A stretch of 56,293 bases of DNA from IMG/VR virus record IMGVR_UViG_3300035670_000258, positions 1 through 56,293 of that record; one strand, 5' to 3'. The DNA is from a virus (lineage: Duplodnaviria; Caudoviricetes). Shown piece by piece: positions 44,956 to 55,173 of this stretch. Below the pieces are notes generated by a model. The model saw nothing but the letters and a program-made list of their open reading frames with translations, did not search any database and was not told the DNA's origin. Position 1 is the first letter of the stretch. The number at the start of each line of letters is the position of its first letter. Made by a program: the position numbers and the translations under genes.

Positions 44956-46776
44956 ATGCCACAGAAAATACCATATTTTGCCAGAAACTTCGCTGACCTA
45001 AGAATTGAGCTTATCAATTATATACGTCAATATTATCCTTCTATTCTACAAGACTTTAACGATGCATCGGTGGGTGCGATGCTCATAGACCTGAATGCTG
45101 GTGTGGGTGACGTACTATCATTTCATACCGACAGGATGTTCCAAGAGACGCAGATTAATTTCGCCCAAGAAAGGTCCAGTGTATTAAGTATGGCTAGGAC
45201 ATTCGGTTTAAAGATACCTGGCAAAAGACCCAGCGTCACCATAGCCGACTTCAGCGTGATTGTACCAGTATTCGGTGATACCTTCGACATATCATATGCA
45301 CCTCTCATTAGACGAGGTGCGCAAGTATCTGGCGCAGGTAAGGTATTTGAAACGGTCAATGATATCGACTTCTCATCACCATTCAGTATTAACGGAATAC
45401 CAAACAGACTTATAATTCCAAATCTGGATTCATCTGGAAACTTAGTCAATTATACATTGACAAAAAGAGAACTGATTATAAATGGTATTACCAAGATATT
45501 CAAAAGGTCGGTCACAGCAGGTGATGTAAGACCATTCTTTGAAGTTATATTACCAGATGATGATGTTCTATCAATAAATTCTATTATAACGTTAGAGGGT
45601 CTTAATTACACTCAGACGCCCAGCATTGATCAATTCTTGAACCCAGCTAACAGATGGTATGAGATGGACGCTTTGGCCGATGATTTGGTCTTTGTAGAAG
45701 ATCAGTTGGCACCTAGCACTCAATCAGGTATAAAGACAGGTAAATGGGTGAGGGTAGACCAGAGATTCATAAGAGAATATACTGACTTAGGTTTCACTAA
45801 AATCATATTTGGTGGCGGTTCACAAGATGTGGGTTCATTATGCGATTTCGGGGTAGATAAGACCTTGGTTAATCGAATAGGTGATTTCATCAATAACTTG
45901 AGCCTAGGTAAAACTCTGACACCTAATACCACTATGTTCATTAGTTATCGGGTAGGTGGTGGAGCAGCTGCTAATATTGGTCCGAACGTACTGAATACCG
46001 TTAACACCGTGAACATGACCGTGAACGGTAATAACCAGAATATAAACAATAGTGTCAGAAACTCATTGACTGTTAATAATCCGCTACCAGCAATAGGCGG
46101 TCGTGATGAACCATCGGTTGAGGAGGTTAGGAATATGGTGAGATATAATTTCTCATCTCAGAATAGGGCTGTTACGATAAAGGATTATCAAGTCAGAATT
46201 GGAATGATGCCAGGTGAGTTTGGTGTACCGTTCCGAGTAGGCGTACTTGAAAACCAGAATAAAATCAGCGCTTACATCCTGTCTCTCGACTCATCAGGAA
46301 AACTATTGAACCAATCGACATCAACATTAAAAGAGAATATTGCGACCTATTTATCGAATTATCGGATGATAAACGATTACGTTGAGGTTCGTGACGGTAA
46401 AGTGATAAATATCGCAGTTGAATGCGGCATATTCATAGATAAACAATACCCTCAATCACAGATCATATCACAGGTTATTCAGAATATTCAGAGCTACATG
46501 GATATCAACAACTTTGAAATGGGTGAAACGATATACCTAAGTCAGTTGATTGAGAATATAAACAATGTAGGTGGTGTGCTGAACGTTATTGATTTGAAAT
46601 TATTCAATAAGGTCGGAGGTAATTATTCGTTGAATGAAATATCACAACCGCTCATTGACGCTGAGACCAGAGAGATAAATGTATCTCAAAACTATGCACT
46701 CATAGGCGATCCCGTGAGCATGTTCGAAATCAAATTTGGGTCTATAGACGTTAAAGTTAGAGTTAGGAACAATTAA
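44956..46776 (+). CDS. Baseplate wedge protein gp6/J-like
   Basis: YFARNFADLRIELINY, AQERSSVLSMARTFG, YRVGGG, GGRDEPSVEEVR, SQNRAVTIKDY. Confidence 0.92.
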   Translation: MPQKIPYFARNFADLRIELINYIRQYYPSILQDFNDASVGAMLIDLNAGVGDVLSFHTDRMFQETQINFAQERSSVLSMARTFGLKIPGKRPSVTIADFSVIVPVFGDTFDISYAPLIRRGAQVSGAGKVFETVNDIDFSSPFSINGIPNRLIIPNLDSSGNLVNYTLTKRELIINGITKIFKRSVTAGDVRPFFEVILPDDDVLSINSIITLEGLNYTQTPSIDQFLNPANRWYEMDALADDLVFVEDQLAPSTQSGIKTGKWVRVDQRFIREYTDLGFTKIIFGGGSQDVGSLCDFGVDKTLVNRIGDFINNLSLGKTLTPNTTMFISYRVGGGAAANIGPNVLNTVNTVNMTVNGNNQNINNSVRNSLTVNNPLPAIGGRDEPSVEEVRNMVRYNFSSQNRAVTIKDYQVRIGMMPGEFGVPFRVGVLENQNKISAYILSLDSSGKLLNQSTSTLKENIATYLSNYRMINDYVEVRDGKVINIAVECGIFIDKQYPQSQIISQVIQNIQSYMDINNFEMGETIYLSQLIENINNVGGVLNVIDLKLFNKVGGNYSLNEISQPLIDAETREINVSQNYALIGDPVSMFEIKFGSIDVKVRVRNN

Positions 46777-46841
46777 TTTTAAATGCAATCCAATTCACAT
46801 TTACTGACGTATCCGTTATATTATTATGAAAAAAACAAGAT

Positions 46842-47147
46842 ATGAGCTGTTGCAAAATTAAAACACAAGAAAATCCATATATAAAAAATGGTGAACTAAG
46901 GGAATCAGGTAATGGTTTAATAACTAACAAAATAGCTAAATGGGTAGTATTCTCTATTTTATTTATTTTATCCCCGTTATTATTACCTATATTATTATAT
47001 ATCTTATTTAAAAGTATTGTGATGAATGATAATTTAAATGCGTCAGCATTTTTTTTATATTTTGGTAAGTTAATTAAAACGCACATGCTTATAAACGCTA
47101 AACCAGAGATTGACTTAGGTACGTTAGAAATATATGAAAATCAATAA
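46842..47147 (+). CDS. Small membrane protein (101 aa)
   Basis: Hydrophobic WVVFSILFILSPLLLPILLYILF; starts MSCC; TAATG-coupled to the next gene. Confidence 0.7.
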   Translation: MSCCKIKTQENPYIKNGELRESGNGLITNKIAKWVVFSILFILSPLLLPILLYILFKSIVMNDNLNASAFFLYFGKLIKTHMLINAKPEIDLGTLEIYENQ

Positions 47148-50100
47148 TGTCTAAAACAATAAGAATACGGACAGTACCGAATGGTGGTGATAACTTCATA
47201 AAAATTAATATGGAGCAAGACTTTGATTTTGTCGAAGTTTTATCGTTAAAGATTTCTCAAAAAGATTTGTATCAGACATTCTGCGCTGATTATGGAGCAG
47301 TGGTAGGTCGTGTTATAGTTAACAACGGTTTCGGAGTTCCGAATGCTAAGGTAAGTATTTTTATACCGATATCAGATTTGGATCGTGATAACGATGAAAT
47401 ATTTTCGTTATATCCATTTGAAACAATAACTGATGTGAGACCTAATGGACAAAGATATAATCTGTTACCAAACAGTAATGAAAATATTGATGAGTGCTTC
47501 ACACCCATTGGCGACTTCCCAAAAAAACGTACTTTTTTGGATGATGATAGGATGTTGGAAATATATTGTAAGTATTATAAATTTACCACAACTACAAATC
47601 AGTCTGGGGATTATATGATATTTGGCGTACCAGCAGGTTCGCACACAATGTATGTTGAGGCTGATATTTCAGATATTGGTATAATAAGTCAAAAACCATA
47701 TGATTTAATACGTAAAGGTATCCCTATTGAGACTTTTGATTCAACAACTAAATTTAAAAAACAGTCAGATAATTTAAATGATAATATACATATATTAGGT
47801 GGTAACCCATATGGTGTTAATATACAACCCTATTGGGGTTCTCAGGACACGTGTAATGTGACGATAAGTAGACAGGATATAAATCTTAATACCACTGTTC
47901 AACCACACGCCATATTTATGGGTTCAATATTCGGTGATAATGAGGAAGGGATAATAAACGCTAAATGTCGACCTAAAGCCACTTTAGGCGTATTAAGTAA
48001 ACAGACAACAGGTTCTGGCACTATTGAAATGATTAGAGAGACCTTAGATGGTACGATTGAAAGATTTGATATAGCTGGCGGTAAACTTATTGACAGTGAT
48101 GGTACATGGGCTTATCAGATACCCATGAATTTAGATTATCGAGTCACCGATGAATTTGGAAACTTAGTTCCGACAGATGACCCGAATAAAGGGATACCTA
48201 CAAGGGCTAGAGTAAGATTTAGAATTGGCATGGATGATAATGTCGGTGGTGTTTCTAGAAGGGCGAAATATCTGGTACCGCATAACCCAAGAAGACATAC
48301 TAATGGTGGTGTTCAACCACAATTTATCGTAGGTACTGACGAATTCCCATATGGTGAACCAACGATAGATTTTGAATTCGGACCTAACACTAGTAAAGCT
48401 AGTTTGGCTGATTTGAGTTGGAACACCGTTTACAGTGTTAAAAACTATATACGTCGTTATCAGAAAACAATATTTCCGTCATCGCCTAAAATTCGTTCAT
48501 TTGTAGGGATTAAAGATGTTGACAGTGCCAGTTCTGATATAACTCCATTCCCTTACAATTCTTTGAATGTGGTATCAGACCCGTTATTTTCTTTTTTATG
48601 TGGGCTTATAATAATTTTAACCTCTATTATTTTAGGTGTAAATACATTCATAATATCACCTATAAATTTTATCATTGGATTATTTAATAGTCTTTTAGAT
48701 TGGATTCTACCCAGTATACCATACATAGCGTGTTTAACACTAGAATGTAATTCGGACGATGAACCTAAATATTTTGCACCTGGTTGTGACTATCAATCCG
48801 AAGGCTGTAGTGCAGCCGCACAAGATTTAGGCGCAATCACATGTGTTGGTAGTGATACAGAAAGCGATAGACCAGATGCTGGTTATATTTCATGTGCAAT
48901 TGTAAGCCTTTTGAAATCCTTGGATTTATTGGAGTTTGATTTTTTTAATGATTGGGTTAATGGTACATTATATTCACCGCCATTCAGACTTAAAAATAAA
49001 AGAGGTCGGAAAGAACTATTAACATTCTGTGAATGGTCATGCGGTGGATTTAGCGGCTATACCGCAGAAGGTGTAACGACTAGTTCTTCAGAACCGTTCG
49101 ATAATGCATGTCCTAAAAATACTTATTTAATACAAAATTGTGGATTGGGTTCTTTTCCTTTTTTTAATGACCCGAATTTTACTGCGCCAGAATATCTGAC
49201 TGGTTGCAATGGGCCTTATGATTGCGGTGATTTTGAAGAGGATAGGAGACCCTTTCCTAATACAGAAGGTATTAATTTTGTGGGTTCTAGCCTTATCGAT
49301 TATGGTTTAATAGTTAATAAAAAGGTTGAACCTTCATTTAGTTCTACTATATTAACAGATGATGGTGTATATTATTATGCACCATATGGTAGAAATACCA
49401 ATGACTACATACTGGCCACTGATATTATCACATTAGGTTCATCGGTAGACTGTCATTGGTTAGGGTTGCCATCAGTAATCAGATTTATATTAGATACCAC
49501 ATATAAATTACCTCCATATTCTTCAGATAAAGAATTCAATCCCATTACTAATACTAACGATATTGTAACCTCTGGTATGAATGGTCTACCATTGGCCTCC
49601 CAATCACCGACATCAACAAATCCTAACTTATTTTTTACAATATACGATTGTACAATAGTTTTAACAGGTCCATTACAATGTTCAAATATACGTAGACAAT
49701 GTGAATTAGGTATAGGTTTTGATGAATTATATTACGATGCCACACAAACACCGCCCCAGTTTGTTGCCCCAAATAGAGTTATTCAGAACGAGGATATTGA
49801 TATTAACTTATCAAGAAACCTTTTCGCGTGGATGAATAACTATCATTTATATACAACATCTGACCCAAATTCGGTTGACACATCTTTTGTAAACACTTTT
49901 GTTGGCGGGGCGTGTGGGAACACGAACGGTAAACCTGATTACAACACTTTTAGATACAATTGGAAAAATGTTAATGACACAGGTACATTATGTAGCGTAA
50001 AACCAAAAACGTATAACTCATTTTATTTCTATTTTGGTTTGAAAAGACAGAAGACCGCTTTAAGTAAAATGCTTGAAAAATACTTCTCGCCTTGCCCAGT

Positions 50101-51319
50101 TCAAGATAAGCCACCTTTCACTATAATATCTGATACTAAAGATGTGACCACGATAGGAGGTGTTGATGGTGAGATAACTATAACCATAATAGGTGGTACG
50201 GGTCCGTACACCGCAACAATCACTTACCCAGACGGTACTAGTGAAGACTTCCCTGTTATTGGTGATACGATTACTTTTAATGATTTAGTAGAAGGGAGTT
50301 ATACGATAACCGTTATAGATAGTAGTGGTTTAATTAGTACCACAACGGTAATAGTCGGTGGTCCTGTTCCTCTTAACTGTTTTGTAGAAAGCGTTAACGT
50401 AAGCGGCTTTAATTCGCTGGGTCAATCTAATAACGATGGGATAATAAATATTGAGATATCATACGGTGCAGAACCGTACACGGTAACAGTTGCTCCATTT
50501 TTATTTATAAATCCAATAACAGGTATGTCAGTATATGGTACACCAGTATTCGATGGCCCTATATTAGGTGGTAGTTTCACGCTACCAGCTTTATCCGCTG
50601 GAATTTACGCAGTTGAGGTACAAGACAGTGACACTATATCACCATCGAGCTGTAGTAGTGTGATTATAATATCGCAACCTACAGGTACCACAGTTACTTT
50701 CGATGTCTTTGGTGTGCAATGTGAAGGCGCATGTAACGGCTATGTCGTAATTACATTGGATGGTGAACCTCCGTATGATATAACTTTGACAAGAGTTGAT
50801 GGTGCTGTCATATTTAATGATCAAGATAATAATACCACAGAAAATAGTCCTAGCGTTACGATTACAGGTCACATCAGTAACACTTTGAGCATTGTTAATC
50901 TATGTGAAGGGGATTATGAACTTAATGTTATCGATAGCAGCAATACGCCGACACCCCAAATCGATATTACTGTACTACCTGCGCAATATACTAATAGTCA
51001 GTTGGATTTAGATAACAATGACGCGATTGTAACTATTGACCCCACTAATAATAACGACTTTAATAACGGTACGGGAGTGTTAGTAATATGTCCTCCGATA
51101 AACCCGCCATCTGGTGAAGAATATGTGTATCAATTGTACCGAGATGAGACATCACCACCAATACAGACTGTAACAAGTTCAAACCCGTGCGCTCAGTTCG
51201 TCAATTTAGATTGTAATAGTGGAAACAACTATTGGATTTCATATAGAAACCACTTAGGTTGTAGATTCCCTTCTAATCTAAATCAAAGGTATGAAGTCAT
51301 AGTGAATACTGGTTGTTAA
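47147..51319 (+). CDS. Large Cys-rich virion (baseplate/fibre) protein with a hydrophobic segment and SprB-like repeats
   Basis: 1390 aa. N-terminal VVGRVIVNNGFGVPNAKVSIF (prealbumin-like); TM-like LFSFLCGLIIILTSIILGVNTFII; three DG.I.I.I.GG..PY....L..G.Y.V.V.DS repeats. Confidence 0.65.
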   Translation: MSKTIRIRTVPNGGDNFIKINMEQDFDFVEVLSLKISQKDLYQTFCADYGAVVGRVIVNNGFGVPNAKVSIFIPISDLDRDNDEIFSLYPFETITDVRPNGQRYNLLPNSNENIDECFTPIGDFPKKRTFLDDDRMLEIYCKYYKFTTTTNQSGDYMIFGVPAGSHTMYVEADISDIGIISQKPYDLIRKGIPIETFDSTTKFKKQSDNLNDNIHILGGNPYGVNIQPYWGSQDTCNVTISRQDINLNTTVQPHAIFMGSIFGDNEEGIINAKCRPKATLGVLSKQTTGSGTIEMIRETLDGTIERFDIAGGKLIDSDGTWAYQIPMNLDYRVTDEFGNLVPTDDPNKGIPTRARVRFRIGMDDNVGGVSRRAKYLVPHNPRRHTNGGVQPQFIVGTDEFPYGEPTIDFEFGPNTSKASLADLSWNTVYSVKNYIRRYQKTIFPSSPKIRSFVGIKDVDSASSDITPFPYNSLNVVSDPLFSFLCGLIIILTSIILGVNTFIISPINFIIGLFNSLLDWILPSIPYIACLTLECNSDDEPKYFAPGCDYQSEGCSAAAQDLGAITCVGSDTESDRPDAGYISCAIVSLLKSLDLLEFDFFNDWVNGTLYSPPFRLKNKRGRKELLTFCEWSCGGFSGYTAEGVTTSSSEPFDNACPKNTYLIQNCGLGSFPFFNDPNFTAPEYLTGCNGPYDCGDFEEDRRPFPNTEGINFVGSSLIDYGLIVNKKVEPSFSSTILTDDGVYYYAPYGRNTNDYILATDIITLGSSVDCHWLGLPSVIRFILDTTYKLPPYSSDKEFNPITNTNDIVTSGMNGLPLASQSPTSTNPNLFFTIYDCTIVLTGPLQCSNIRRQCELGIGFDELYYDATQTPPQFVAPNRVIQNEDIDINLSRNLFAWMNNYHLYTTSDPNSVDTSFVNTFVGGACGNTNGKPDYNTFRYNWKNVNDTGTLCSVKPKTYNSFYFYFGLKRQKTALSKMLEKYFSPCPVQDKPPFTIISDTKDVTTIGGVDGEITITIIGGTGPYTATITYPDGTSEDFPVIGDTITFNDLVEGSYTITVIDSSGLISTTTVIVGGPVPLNCFVESVNVSGFNSLGQSNNDGIINIEISYGAEPYTVTVAPFLFINPITGMSVYGTPVFDGPILGGSFTLPALSAGIYAVEVQDSDTISPSSCSSVIIISQPTGTTVTFDVFGVQCEGACNGYVVITLDGEPPYDITLTRVDGAVIFNDQDNNTTENSPSVTITGHISNTLSIVNLCEGDYELNVIDSSNTPTPQIDITVLPAQYTNSQLDLDNNDAIVTIDPTNNNDFNNGTGVLVICPPINPPSGEEYVYQLYRDETSPPIQTVTSSNPCAQFVNLDCNSGNNYWISYRNHLGCRFPSNLNQRYEVIVNTGC

Positions 51320-51347
51320 AAAACATAAAACTTCTATTTATTAATAG

Positions 51348-53168
51348 ATGCAAGACGATAGGTTGAAATATAGGTTAAGAAGCACAGATTCCCAAACATC
51401 TGTCGATACCGACACGTTCATTAAACTGAACTTGGAAGGTGATACCAGACTGTTACCGACAAACGACATAAGCACGGCTGTAAGCTCTGCTGAAGTGTTT
51501 AACAACGAACGACAGTCAACGACAGTATATCGTGTATTAGGAACGATTAAACCGATTGTTAGTAACGTACTATTCAATTTGACAGGAGATGGTAGTTGGG
51601 AAATATTTAACGATAATAAATTTAAAGAAAATTACTTGAACCAAATAAACAATAGCCCGAATGGGGACATATTTGGTATACAAGAGTTACCATCATTAAA
51701 TTTTGAACAGTCTTACAATACACATCTAAAAGAAAAAGACGGTTGGTTTGGTTATTACGAACCAAATCGGTTAACGACCGATCAATGTAAGTATAACTAC
51801 ATGGAACCAGTTAAAGAAAGATTTTCGTTTAAAGATAGCATTAAAAGGAGGTGGGATATGACCATAACATACCCTTTTTCAGCCGATACTACACATGACA
51901 TGGTTAAAGACGGTTTAAAAGTGGTATCGGTAATTAGAACCAATATAGGCGGTCGAGATAGAGTCGGACTGTCAACACCTGTAAGACATAATTTAACGCA
52001 ACAATCTTTAGTGTATCTATCAAGCGGCTTCACGAATATAAATGAGGGTTATTATAGGGTTATCAGACTAGGTGAGGATAATGGAAATAATAAAGAATAT
52101 GTATTCAGCATTGCTGTGGATTATAATATATCACAAGGAGTATCCCCAACTTCTAGAATGCAAAGAGTATTAGGCGGGGTTCAGAGTGGGTTTAAGTCTA
52201 AATACTACTTCAGACTATTCAAAAAAATAACCACGGTCAACGATAATATAAATAATGGTATAATTGAAGATGACGATTATGAGATATATCAAGCAGCATT
52301 TTCTCAAACAGTTTTCAATGACGAAATATGTCAATTCGTATTTAATGAAGATATTGACGTAGGTAAAGTGGTGGATAATTTAGGTAGACCTCTTAGTGAA
52401 ATATATTTAACGATAATAAAAAATAGGGACTATTTAATAGGATTCCCTTTTTTTACATCGATACAAGCTGGCGTAGAATGTGGCTTCGTGGACGGTATTT
52501 TAAATGATGATAATATACCTGACATCAGAAGAATGAGAGATGGGCAACAAGGTGCGATAGGAACATTATCAGCCACCCAATACAGATCTTCACCGATACC
52601 ATTAACTTCAGGCATCACCATAGGTGATAGCTATTTTTATGGTGATGTTGTCGAGTTCAATGAGTTTGAACAGATTGAACATGTATTAGGCGTTGTAGCA
52701 CATAGATTCAATACTGTAAATAGAATCGGTAACGGTAGGACCATTAAACCTTTTATAAAAGGACCTAGACATGAAGGTTACATGTATTATCCTCATCACA
52801 AGATGCAGATACGTCAATTCTCTAACTATGTTGAATCTGGCGATGCAAATACGATAGGCATACCAGATTATGCCACCAATTTAGGGTCGACTGACGGTAG
52901 ATGGTTATGGCGCGATATTCTGGATATTGGAGTTAATAATGGGCAAGAAACAACGCTGGATTACCCCTTTTTAAACGGTGCGCATTACATATATCAGAAC
53001 TATTGTTTTCCTGTTAGAAGACAAGACCCATATGGGCGATATGATTTATTGTATTTTGGTTCAGAAAGGGATAATAATAACCAGCCAACACAACGTGAAC
53101 CATATGATATTGTTGGTTCAGGCGTACCTAATAATTTTGACGTTAACGAATCAGACAATGCTTGTTGA
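51348..53168 (+). CDS. Putative virion structural protein (606 aa)
   Basis: FNNERQSTTVYR, DNLGRPLSEIYLTI, WLWRDILDIG..YPFLNGAHY; TATTTA directly upstream. Confidence 0.6.
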   Translation: MQDDRLKYRLRSTDSQTSVDTDTFIKLNLEGDTRLLPTNDISTAVSSAEVFNNERQSTTVYRVLGTIKPIVSNVLFNLTGDGSWEIFNDNKFKENYLNQINNSPNGDIFGIQELPSLNFEQSYNTHLKEKDGWFGYYEPNRLTTDQCKYNYMEPVKERFSFKDSIKRRWDMTITYPFSADTTHDMVKDGLKVVSVIRTNIGGRDRVGLSTPVRHNLTQQSLVYLSSGFTNINEGYYRVIRLGEDNGNNKEYVFSIAVDYNISQGVSPTSRMQRVLGGVQSGFKSKYYFRLFKKITTVNDNINNGIIEDDDYEIYQAAFSQTVFNDEICQFVFNEDIDVGKVVDNLGRPLSEIYLTIIKNRDYLIGFPFFTSIQAGVECGFVDGILNDDNIPDIRRMRDGQQGAIGTLSATQYRSSPIPLTSGITIGDSYFYGDVVEFNEFEQIEHVLGVVAHRFNTVNRIGNGRTIKPFIKGPRHEGYMYYPHHKMQIRQFSNYVESGDANTIGIPDYATNLGSTDGRWLWRDILDIGVNNGQETTLDYPFLNGAHYIYQNYCFPVRRQDPYGRYDLLYFGSERDNNNQPTQREPYDIVGSGVPNNFDVNESDNAC

Positions 53169-54027
53169 TAGATATAGGATAAGACTGCCAGAAGGTAATT
53201 CAACTGGAACAACGATAAACATTCCAGTTGATATGACATTTCAGATTGTCGACCAATCTGAGATAATAGAGCGCGATTTTGTCAAAAATGAGGTCGAAGC
53301 TGCGATAAATCCAATATTAGACTATGAAAAAGTTAGATTTTCGCCAGCGACCAGCGTTACCGCCACATTCCATACCCCCATTCAACGGGTTATATATGAT
53401 TTGAATTTTCTTTCTGGTTCAACAGGTTATTATCAGAATAACAACACTACTCAAACCAGTTTTCAAGATATCGGATTTGTTAACGATGATATTAAATTTA
53501 GGAAGAATGGGCTTGTGAAGTCCATGTTAAGGTTAGATTTTTATGATAGTGACATATTGACAAATCAACGGCTTCTATTCTTCATAATCATCAGACCAAA
53601 AGTCACACAGGCTGACGTAACACCGCCGAATAATAATGCGCCATACGTACAAAATTATAGCGCTAATCTAAAAATGACGCGCTTTAATTTAAATAATACG
53701 ATAACACAGAATACTGGTAATAGCGAAGGTATATTCATATATGATTATAAGGACGAAGTTGGTATAAACGCACCAAAAGAGGTTTATATGAGAGCGACGT
53801 TTAATAACGCTAAGACAGGTCTCAGAACTAGGTTTATGACAGACTACGACCCAACTAACATAGCTTGGCCGATAGATACTTTTGTTGAAAAGATTTTTAC
53901 TAAATATGTTTTACATAGAACAATAAATGGTAATTTCTATCAAATAGATACGACATATAGCAATAACGTAAGTATAGTACTTAATAACACGTATAACATA
54001 AAATTATACGAAGTCGCAGTCACATAA
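53158..54027 (+). CDS. Putative virion structural protein (289 aa)
   Basis: The start is likely ATG 53158 (MLVDRYRI), overlapping the prior stop, rather than the track start at 52978; AINPILDYEKVRF, YMRATFNNAKTG. Confidence 0.6.
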   Translation: MLVDRYRIRLPEGNSTGTTINIPVDMTFQIVDQSEIIERDFVKNEVEAAINPILDYEKVRFSPATSVTATFHTPIQRVIYDLNFLSGSTGYYQNNNTTQTSFQDIGFVNDDIKFRKNGLVKSMLRLDFYDSDILTNQRLLFFIIIRPKVTQADVTPPNNNAPYVQNYSANLKMTRFNLNNTITQNTGNSEGIFIYDYKDEVGINAPKEVYMRATFNNAKTGLRTRFMTDYDPTNIAWPIDTFVEKIFTKYVLHRTINGNFYQIDTTYSNNVSIVLNNTYNIKLYEVAVT

Positions 54028-55157
54028 TGGAAATACTAAGAAGAACCATATTATTAGATGATTTGAAGACTCAACAAGAAGGTCTCAGCTATGGCGTATT
54101 CACCGCAACATCGATATATATGAAAATTAATCTGATTCAGACCATTGATGATATGGGAATTGTGACAAACCTACCCTTTAAAAGATTTGGTGATGCATGC
54201 GGTGATTTCAAAGGTGGTATAATAGCGAAGCATGTGACTTGTTATGACGGAGTTGGTACACCACCCAGTACTGGTGAACTTACTGTAGATCTACAAGGAA
54301 CAGGTGTTGAACCTTATACCTATCTATGGACAACTGGTGAAGACCAAGCTACGATAAGTAATCTTGGACCAGGTATCTATGACGTAACTGTCACGGATGC
54401 TGAAGGTTGTCAGATTACTCTAAGAGGTACTGTGCTGCTAAAAGAGAATGCTGATCCAGAACTAATGGGGTTATTTACCAATGACCAATATTATAGGATA
54501 TTAAGTACAAATGGTGGTTTTCAGAACTTAGGGCCATCTGGGTATATCACGGCTAATCAGGATTTGAATTTGAACAATCTTACAGTGCCGTATAACACGG
54601 ATACTATTATATTATGCGAAGACCAGAAGGTCACATTGTCTACCGCGATACCATACCAGACATATCTGTGGAGCAATGGCAGCACGTCACCAACCATAAC
54701 TATAGACAGCGCTGGTACATACAGTGTCACGGTTACGGACGCTGACGGATGCGAAGGGACATCTAGCATCACATTTGAATATATAACCATACCAAATCCG
54801 ATAATACAACCGAATAAAACTCCCATAGGAGGTGGTAGTGGTACGTTGGAAGACCCATATGTATTCTGTAATAACCAATTTCCAGTATTATTGACGTTAA
54901 CTAATAGTCAATATTTTGATGATTGGGTCTGGAATACGGGTTCAGGTAATAGTTCACCTTCGATACAACCCAACGCCACAACTGCCGCAGCGGGTTACGG
55001 ATTTAACGACTTGGGTTACGTAAGCTCAATCTGCTGTCCTGTGGGCACACCTCAAGGCTGTCAACCACTACAGACGCCATTGGTTTATATAAGGTTTACC
55101 AATTTACCGCAATTCGGTTGCGGTGTTGTCACAGGTGGGACACAAGTAAGCGGATGA
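54027..55157 (+). CDS. Virion protein with SprB-like and PKD/Ig-like repeats
   Basis: PYTYLWTTGEDQATISNLGPGIYDVTVTDAEGC and YLWSNGSTSPTITIDSAGTYSVTVTDADGC. Confidence 0.7.
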   Translation: MEILRRTILLDDLKTQQEGLSYGVFTATSIYMKINLIQTIDDMGIVTNLPFKRFGDACGDFKGGIIAKHVTCYDGVGTPPSTGELTVDLQGTGVEPYTYLWTTGEDQATISNLGPGIYDVTVTDAEGCQITLRGTVLLKENADPELMGLFTNDQYYRILSTNGGFQNLGPSGYITANQDLNLNNLTVPYNTDTIILCEDQKVTLSTAIPYQTYLWSNGSTSPTITIDSAGTYSVTVTDADGCEGTSSITFEYITIPNPIIQPNKTPIGGGSGTLEDPYVFCNNQFPVLLTLTNSQYFDDWVWNTGSGNSSPSIQPNATTAAAGYGFNDLGYVSSICCPVGTPQGCQPLQTPLVYIRFTNLPQFGCGVVTGGTQVSG

Positions 55158-55173
55158 TATTTACTATAAAACG

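Noticed and set aside
6648-46776. Bacterial extracellular contractile injection system or tailocin
   Set aside because: Tail genes are interleaved with neck genes, SSB, UvsX, helicase, RNR and homing-type endonucleases, which indicates a phage genome.
52978-53157. N-terminal 60 codons of the track ORF 52978-54027
   Set aside because: They overlap the preceding gene; ATG 53158 gives a typical short overlap.
273-54878. Many short antisense or alternate-frame ORFs in the track (e.g. 273-455, 1717-2064, 18921-19298, 33867-34235, 41447-41860)
   Set aside because: They lie within long genes with recognisable motifs and read as shadow frames.
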